Source: Candidatus Limnocylindria bacterium (GTDB taxonomy: Bacteria > Chloroflexota > Limnocylindria > P2-11E). From it: 64,000 nucleotides of DNA. The stretch is from contig DATDEH010000072.1 of assembly GCA_036523395.1 (NCBI GenBank), positions 8,441 through 72,440 on the forward strand, in the 5' to 3' direction. Under the pieces are notes generated by a model. The model was not told the DNA's origin. It saw only the letters and a program-made list of their open reading frames with translations, and searched no databases. Both the position numbers and the translations under genes were made by a program. The stretch's first letter is position 1. Every line of letters begins with the position of its first letter. Below, piece by piece: positions 59,402 through 64,000 of this stretch.

Positions 59402-61033
59402 GTGACGTCGGCCGATCTCGTCCTCTTCTCTCTTCTGGGTGGGACCGCGCTCCTCCTTTACGGCGTGCGCCTGGTCGGGGAAGGACTCCAGCGCGCGGCG
59501 GGGACACGACTGCGGCACTTCCTTTCGACGCTTACCGGGAACCGCTTCAAAGCGCTCGCCGTCGGCGCAGGAGTGACGGCCGTCCTCCAGTCGTCGAGCG
59601 CGACGACGGTGATGCTGGTCGGATTCGCCTCCGCGGGGCTGCTTTCGCTGCGGCAGACCATCGGCGTGATCCTCGGCGCCGACGTTGGAACGACCGTGAC
59701 CGTGCAGCTCCTCGCCTTCGATCTTCTCTCGGTCTCGCCGCTGATCGTCTTCGCTGGCTGGCTGCTGTGGACCGTAGGTCGCGGGACACTTCGCTACATC
59801 GGCCAGGCGGTGCTCGGCTTCGGATTCCTGTTCCTGGGCATGAAGCTCGTGTCGGACGGGACGGCGCCACTCGCGAGCAGCGCCCTGTTCCGCGATCTCC
59901 TCAGCGCGCTCACCGGCCAGCCGCTCATCCTGTTCCTCGTCGCGGCGATCTTCACGGCTCTTGTGCGCTCGAGCGCCGCGGTGATCGGTCTCGCGCTGTC
60001 GCTCGCGGCGAGCGGCCTGATGCCACTGACCGGCGCGATCCCGATCATCTTCGGCGCGAACATCGGGACAGCCGCCACAGCGCTGTTCGCGGCCATCGGA
60101 CAGAACGCCGAGGCGCTCCGCGTCGCCGCGGCTCATGCGGCTTTCAAAGTGGTGGGCGTGGCGCTCTTCGTGCCGTTCGCCGGCCTCTTCGCGGATGTGG
60201 TCTCCCGCACCGCGCCCGATGTGCCGCGCCAGATCGCGAACGCCCACACGCTGTTCAACGTGATCCTCGCGGCCGTGTTCCTCCCGTTCACGAACGTCGC
60301 GGCGGATCTCTTCACGCGGCTCGTGCCGGACCGGACGACGACGTCGACGGGCGCCATCTACCTCAATACGCAGACGATCGACACACCCGCGGTCGCGCTC
60401 GGCCAGGCCCTGCGCGAGACACTGCGGATGGGCGACATCGTTCAGCAGTCGCTGCGCGACTCTCTCGCCGTGCTCGAGCGCGACGACGAGCGGCTCATGC
60501 GCGAGGTCGTCGCGCGCGACGACGTCATCGACCAGCTCGAGGAGGACATCAAGCAGTTCCTCATCGGCCTTGGCCAGCAGCAGCTCACCGAGGAGCAGGC
60601 GGAGCGCGAGACGGCGCTCATCTTCGTCATCGCCAATCTCGAGGAGATCGGTGACGTCATCGAGAAGAATCTGATGGAGCTCGCGGCGAAGAAGATCGCG
60701 GGCCACCACGTCTTCAGCCAGCAGGGCTGGTCCGAGATCCGGCAGCTCCACGCCAAGGTGGTCGAGAACCTCGAGCTGGCGATGTCCGCGCTCGCCTCGA
60801 ACGACGCGACCATCGCGGAGAAGATCATCCGTCACAAGAGCGTCGTGAATGTCCTCGAGCGCCAGCTCCGCCAGACGCACATCCGGCGCCTGCACGAGGG
60901 GCTGCGCGAGACGATCGACACGTCGAGCATCCACCTCGACCTGCTGGCCAACTTGAAGCGCGCCAACTCTCTCGTCGCGGGCATCGCATACGCGGTCCTC
61001 GGAAAGCACGCGGTGAAGAGCGCCGAGGAATGA
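59402..61033 (+). CDS. Na+/phosphate cotransporter family protein with C-terminal PhoU-like domains
   Basis: Two NptA repeats (QSSSATTVMLVGFASAG...; RSSAAVIGLALSLAASG...). C-terminal PhoU-like helical domain. GTG start set at 59402. Confidence 0.82.
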   Translation: MTSADLVLFSLLGGTALLLYGVRLVGEGLQRAAGTRLRHFLSTLTGNRFKALAVGAGVTAVLQSSSATTVMLVGFASAGLLSLRQTIGVILGADVGTTVTVQLLAFDLLSVSPLIVFAGWLLWTVGRGTLRYIGQAVLGFGFLFLGMKLVSDGTAPLASSALFRDLLSALTGQPLILFLVAAIFTALVRSSAAVIGLALSLAASGLMPLTGAIPIIFGANIGTAATALFAAIGQNAEALRVAAAHAAFKVVGVALFVPFAGLFADVVSRTAPDVPRQIANAHTLFNVILAAVFLPFTNVAADLFTRLVPDRTTTSTGAIYLNTQTIDTPAVALGQALRETLRMGDIVQQSLRDSLAVLERDDERLMREVVARDDVIDQLEEDIKQFLIGLGQQQLTEEQAERETALIFVIANLEEIGDVIEKNLMELAAKKIAGHHVFSQQGWSEIRQLHAKVVENLELAMSALASNDATIAEKIIRHKSVVNVLERQLRQTHIRRLHEGLRETIDTSSIHLDLLANLKRANSLVAGIAYAVLGKHAVKSAEE

Positions 61034-61040
61034 GCCGGCG

Positions 61041-61760
61041 GTGAGCAGCCGTGCCTTCGTCGGCACCTCTGGCTGGTCGTACACGACCTGGCGGCCGAAG
61101 TTCTACCCCGAGGGCACGAAGAGCGCAGCCTTTCTCAGCTATTACGCGACGCGGCTCGCCACGATGGAGATCAACTACACCTTCAATCACCTCCCGACCG
61201 AGAAGAACGTGGCGCAGTGGACCAGGGCGACGCCTGAGGACTTCATCTTCGCGCTCAAGGCGTCGCAGCAGATCACCCACCGCAAGCAGCTGCGGGAGCC
61301 CGCGGAGACGCTTCCGATCTTCTTCGAGCGCGCGCGGCCGCTCGGCAAGCGTCTGGGTCCGATCCTTTTCCAGACCCCACCGTGGGTGAGGCGCGACGAC
61401 GACCGGCTCGCGATGTTCCTCGCCGCGCTACCACGCGATCTGCGCTGCGTCCTCGAAGTCCGCGATCCGTCCTGGTACGTGGCCGAGGTCTACGACCTCC
61501 TGAGCGCGGCGAACGTCGCGCTGGTGCACGCGGAGGGGGAGAAGGCGCCGTCTCCGGTCGAGACGCTCGGTGCGACAGCGGACTTCGCATACGCGCGTCT
61601 GCGTAGTCGCAGCGGTTATCCCGACGAGGTTGTCGATGCCTGGGCGGTGCGGCTTCGCGCGATCCTCGATTCAGGGAAGGACGTGTATGCGTACTTCCGT
61701 CATGACGAAGATGGCTCCAACGCCCTGTCGGCGGAGCGTTTGCGCCGATCGTTCACGTGA
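61041..61760 (+). CDS. DUF72 (UPF0759) family protein
   Basis: FVGTSGWSY...FYP...MEINYTFNHLPTEKNVAQW matches the DUF72 signature. Confidence 0.8.
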   Translation: MSSRAFVGTSGWSYTTWRPKFYPEGTKSAAFLSYYATRLATMEINYTFNHLPTEKNVAQWTRATPEDFIFALKASQQITHRKQLREPAETLPIFFERARPLGKRLGPILFQTPPWVRRDDDRLAMFLAALPRDLRCVLEVRDPSWYVAEVYDLLSAANVALVHAEGEKAPSPVETLGATADFAYARLRSRSGYPDEVVDAWAVRLRAILDSGKDVYAYFRHDEDGSNALSAERLRRSFT

Positions 61761-62860
61761 ATCCCTCCGTCGAGATAGTCGTCGCGCTCGCGATCTTGGT
61801 CGGGTTGATGTGGGCGGTGCTGTCGGCGACGCGCATTCGCGTCCCGTATCTCGAGATCGTCGCGGTCGTGGGACTCCTGGCTGCGGTCGTCTGGGCGCTG
61901 CTGGCGTCGCTGTCCGTTCTCGTCTTCGGTCTGAGTGCGGCGGATCTCTCGCACGAGCCCGAGGCGTCCATCACGTTCCCTGGCGCACGCGTTGAGCGCT
62001 CAGTCCAGTCAGAGGCGCAACTGGACATCATCTGGGGCGGAGATGTTGCTCGATTTAGCCGCGTGTATCGAACAGCGGCGCCTCTGTCAGAGGTCGTCAG
62101 CTTCTACCGGCTGGAGCTTGGATCGCGAGGTTGGTTTGTACTCGTAGGGTTAACCGACTTTGATGCGTGCGCCCGCGGTCTGCTGTTCTCTGTCAGGGGC
62201 GTCAGCGCGACGACCTTCGAGACACGGATATACCCGCACGGTAGGTCCACGCACCCGCCTGAGTGCAAGCAGGGCACTCCTCCGGCTCCAGAAGCCGTGG
62301 CCCTGATTGCGGTCGGCGCGTTCACGGTGTACATCGTCACGGCATCGCAGGTGCAACGCCGCGCGCGACGTGCCCGCGGCACTCCACTGCGCGCAGTGAG
62401 TGGGTTTGCGAGGTGGGGACCGGCGTTCGCATGGGTCCCCTATGTGTTCCTCGACGCACGACCGGGCCCGACGATCGCGCCCAGCGAACTGATCGTGTAT
62501 GTCGGCATCGTGCTCGTCGTCGTCGGCGCGGCAGTCGCGCTGTGGGCGGCGTTCACCCTAGGGAGCCAGTTCGATCTGGAGCCCGAAGTGCATCGAGACC
62601 ACGTCGTTGTCAGGGACGGCCCCTACCGTTTCGTCCGCCATCCTGTCTACCTCGGCCTCGGCGCGCATTTGGTCGGCGCATGCCTCGCGTCGGGCAATCT
62701 CGTTCTGACCCTCGGCGTGCTGCTCGTCGGCCTCCCGCTCCTCTATCTTCGCGCGTACGCGGAGGAGCGGCTCCTGCGTGCCGAGCTTGGGCCTGCGTAC
62801 GACGCCTACGCGCGAGAGGTGGGGATGTTCGTTCCGCGCCTGGTGCGCCCCGCTGGATGA
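61757..62860 (+). CDS. Membrane protein with a C-terminal isoprenylcysteine carboxyl methyltransferase (ICMT/PEMT-like) domain
   Basis: N-terminal TM helices and a central soluble region. C-terminal VRDGPYRFVRHPVYLG...LRAYAEERLL is an ICMT-family motif. Confidence 0.62.
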   Translation: MNPSVEIVVALAILVGLMWAVLSATRIRVPYLEIVAVVGLLAAVVWALLASLSVLVFGLSAADLSHEPEASITFPGARVERSVQSEAQLDIIWGGDVARFSRVYRTAAPLSEVVSFYRLELGSRGWFVLVGLTDFDACARGLLFSVRGVSATTFETRIYPHGRSTHPPECKQGTPPAPEAVALIAVGAFTVYIVTASQVQRRARRARGTPLRAVSGFARWGPAFAWVPYVFLDARPGPTIAPSELIVYVGIVLVVVGAAVALWAAFTLGSQFDLEPEVHRDHVVVRDGPYRFVRHPVYLGLGAHLVGACLASGNLVLTLGVLLVGLPLLYLRAYAEERLLRAELGPAYDAYAREVGMFVPRLVRPAG

Positions 62861-62938
62861 CGGCCCGGGATGGCCGGTTACTTGTGCGCTTGCCTTAGCC
62901 TACCCGCCAGGGGAGCAAGTCACGCTTAGGAGGGAAAG

Positions 62939-63328
62939 GTGAACTGGCTCGCCATCGTCATCGCGGCCATCGCGAACATGGTCATCGGAACGCTCTGGTA
63001 TGGAACCTGGGCCTTCGGCAAGAGCTGGACCAAGCTCTCAGGACACAACATGGGTGAGGGGATGTCCACGGGGCCCCTCTACGCAATGACCGCGGCCGCC
63101 GCGGTCGTCCAAGCGATCACGATGTCCTGGTTCGTTGCGCAGACCGGGGCGAACAGCGGCGCCGCCGGTGCGATCATCGGCCTCTACGTGGGCCTCGGCT
63201 TCGTCGCCACCGCGATGTTCGCCGAGGTGCTATTCGCCGGACGACACCCGCGCCTTTACGCGATCACCGCCGGTTATTCCGTCGTCGCGGCGATCGTGCA
63301 GGGCATGATCATCGGATTCCTCGGCTGA
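62939..63328 (+). CDS. DUF1761-family small membrane protein
   Basis: 129 aa with 4 TM helices. GTG start. Confidence 0.55.
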   Translation: MNWLAIVIAAIANMVIGTLWYGTWAFGKSWTKLSGHNMGEGMSTGPLYAMTAAAAVVQAITMSWFVAQTGANSGAAGAIIGLYVGLGFVATAMFAEVLFAGRHPRLYAITAGYSVVAAIVQGMIIGFLG

Positions 63329-64000
63329 TCAGCTAACCGTCGCTTTCGGGAACAGACGCGCACCGACCGCGGACGCGGCGATCGTGATCGCCGCGGCCGC
63401 GAGTACGGCGCTGAACTGGCCGGACGACACGACGCCCGCGGCGAGGCCGAGGCCCATCACGACGAAGCTGAATTCGCCGATCTGACCAAGGCCGACGCCG
63501 AGCTGCGCGCGCCGCGCCGGCACCGAGAACAGCGCGGCGAGCCCGCTGATGGTCACGATCTTCAGCGCGACGAGGAGGAGGACGAGCCCGAGCACGCCGG
63601 CCTCGCTCACGACCGTCGCGGGTTCCACCAGCGTGCCGATCGCGACGAAGAACATGACCGCGAAGAGATCGCGGAACGGCAGGACCTCGCGCCGCGCCTC
63701 CTGCGCCTCTGGCCGGATCGAGAGGAGCAGTCCCGCGACGAATGCCGCGAGCGCGACGGGTACGCCGAAGATCACGGCGCCAGCGCCGGCGCTCGCGAGC
63801 GCGACCGAAACGGCGACGATGAGGAAGATGTCCGGCTGCTCGCGCACGCGCGCGAGTAGCCATGGCAGGGCGACGAGCTGCGCGACCGCCGCGAATCCGA
63901 TGAACGCGAACGCCTTGCCGAAGGCCAGCGCGGCAGGATCGCCGCTCGGCGCGAGGAGGACGGCCAGGATCGTCGCCGCGACGAGCGTGACCGCGTCTTG
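63329..64000 (-). CDS. Partial cation:proton antiporter (CPA2/Kef-type) membrane domain; the N-terminus lies outside the window
   Basis: Continuous minus-strand reading frame to the window end (...TILAVLLAPSGDPAALAFGKAFAFIGFAAVAQLVALPWLLARVREQPDIFLIV...). Hydrophobic helices typical of the Na_H_Exchanger family. Stop at 63329. Confidence 0.68.
   Translation of the reverse strand, partial: QDAVTLVAATILAVLLAPSGDPAALAFGKAFAFIGFAAVAQLVALPWLLARVREQPDIFLIVAVSVALASAGAGAVIFGVPVALAAFVAGLLLSIRPEAQEARREVLPFRDLFAVMFFVAIGTLVEPATVVSEAGVLGLVLLLVALKIVTISGLAALFSVPARRAQLGVGLGQIGEFSFVVMGLGLAAGVVSSGQFSAVLAAAAITIAASAVGARLFPKATVS

Overview
High-GC (~70%) chromosomal window from a Gram-positive-like (Terrabacteria) genome. 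It has about 65 densely packed genes, mostly housekeeping or stress-related, and no rRNA, tRNA, CRISPR array or mobile element.

**Main blocks, in order.**
- 245-8911: an HspR heat-shock locus. An NBD-only Hsp70 homologue is transcribed divergently from hspR-hsp20-lon-cbpA(dnaJ-like)-clpB.
- 8950-10349: an M28 peptidase lipoprotein and a small doubtful transmembrane ORF.
- 10339-13620: a long minus-strand cluster. It starts with a Sec-signal-peptide small ORF and ends with an ECF sigma factor; between them are Dtd, a SAM methyltransferase, an anti-sigma-like membrane protein and an acidic secreted protein. An XRE-HTH + TPR regulator (13769-15082) is read divergently from the peptide gene.
- 15118-20661: PolX, acylphosphatase, purH and an AAA+ ATPase.
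- 20664-25831: a GNAT-like / GT4 (MshA/BshA-like) / LmbE-deacetylase operon, then glycerate kinase-glpX.
- 25906-31807: a second XRE-TPR paralogue, then one-carbon and methionine genes. These are fchA-folD on the minus strand and a SAM-I riboswitch-metF-split metE on the plus strand.
- 31916-36030: an M20 peptidase, HIT protein, DEAD-box helicase and an M50/CBS protease.
- 36068-42368: a molybdenum operon. It runs modE-like regulator-modABC-moeA-moaC-mogA-psuG.
- 42456-49732: Maf, then a two-component/c-di-GMP signalling cluster. It holds a LuxR regulator, a degenerate-GGDEF-EAL-REC protein, a pseudo-receiver, a degenerate GGDEF protein and a hybrid kinase.
- 49819-56890: rho, a tandem AbgB-like M20 pair (first copy frameshifted), a P1/DmpA peptidase and two lipoproteins.
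- 56855-64000: citrate synthase, a 374-bp intergenic region that may be structured, an Ig-like membrane protein, a Na/Pi cotransporter, DUF72, an ICMT-like methyltransferase, DUF1761 and a partial CPA2 antiporter.

**Most interesting candidate.** The XRE-TPR regulator with a divergent signal-peptide pro-peptide has RNPP/Rgg-like architecture in a high-GC organism. It sits at the head of the cluster that ends in an ECF sigma factor.

**Other notable points.**
- The SAM-I riboswitch upstream of metF is a textbook match.
- Two conserved hairpin elements bracket the anti-sigma-like gene.
- A receiver domain carries Glu at the phospho-acceptor position.
- metE is split into two translationally coupled genes.
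- A thiol-pathway-like GT/deacetylase operon is paired with an Acetyltransf_6-type acyltransferase, with no Cys ligase in the window.

Gene starts were chosen by hand and many are uncertain. The ORF track labels GTG/TTG starts as M.
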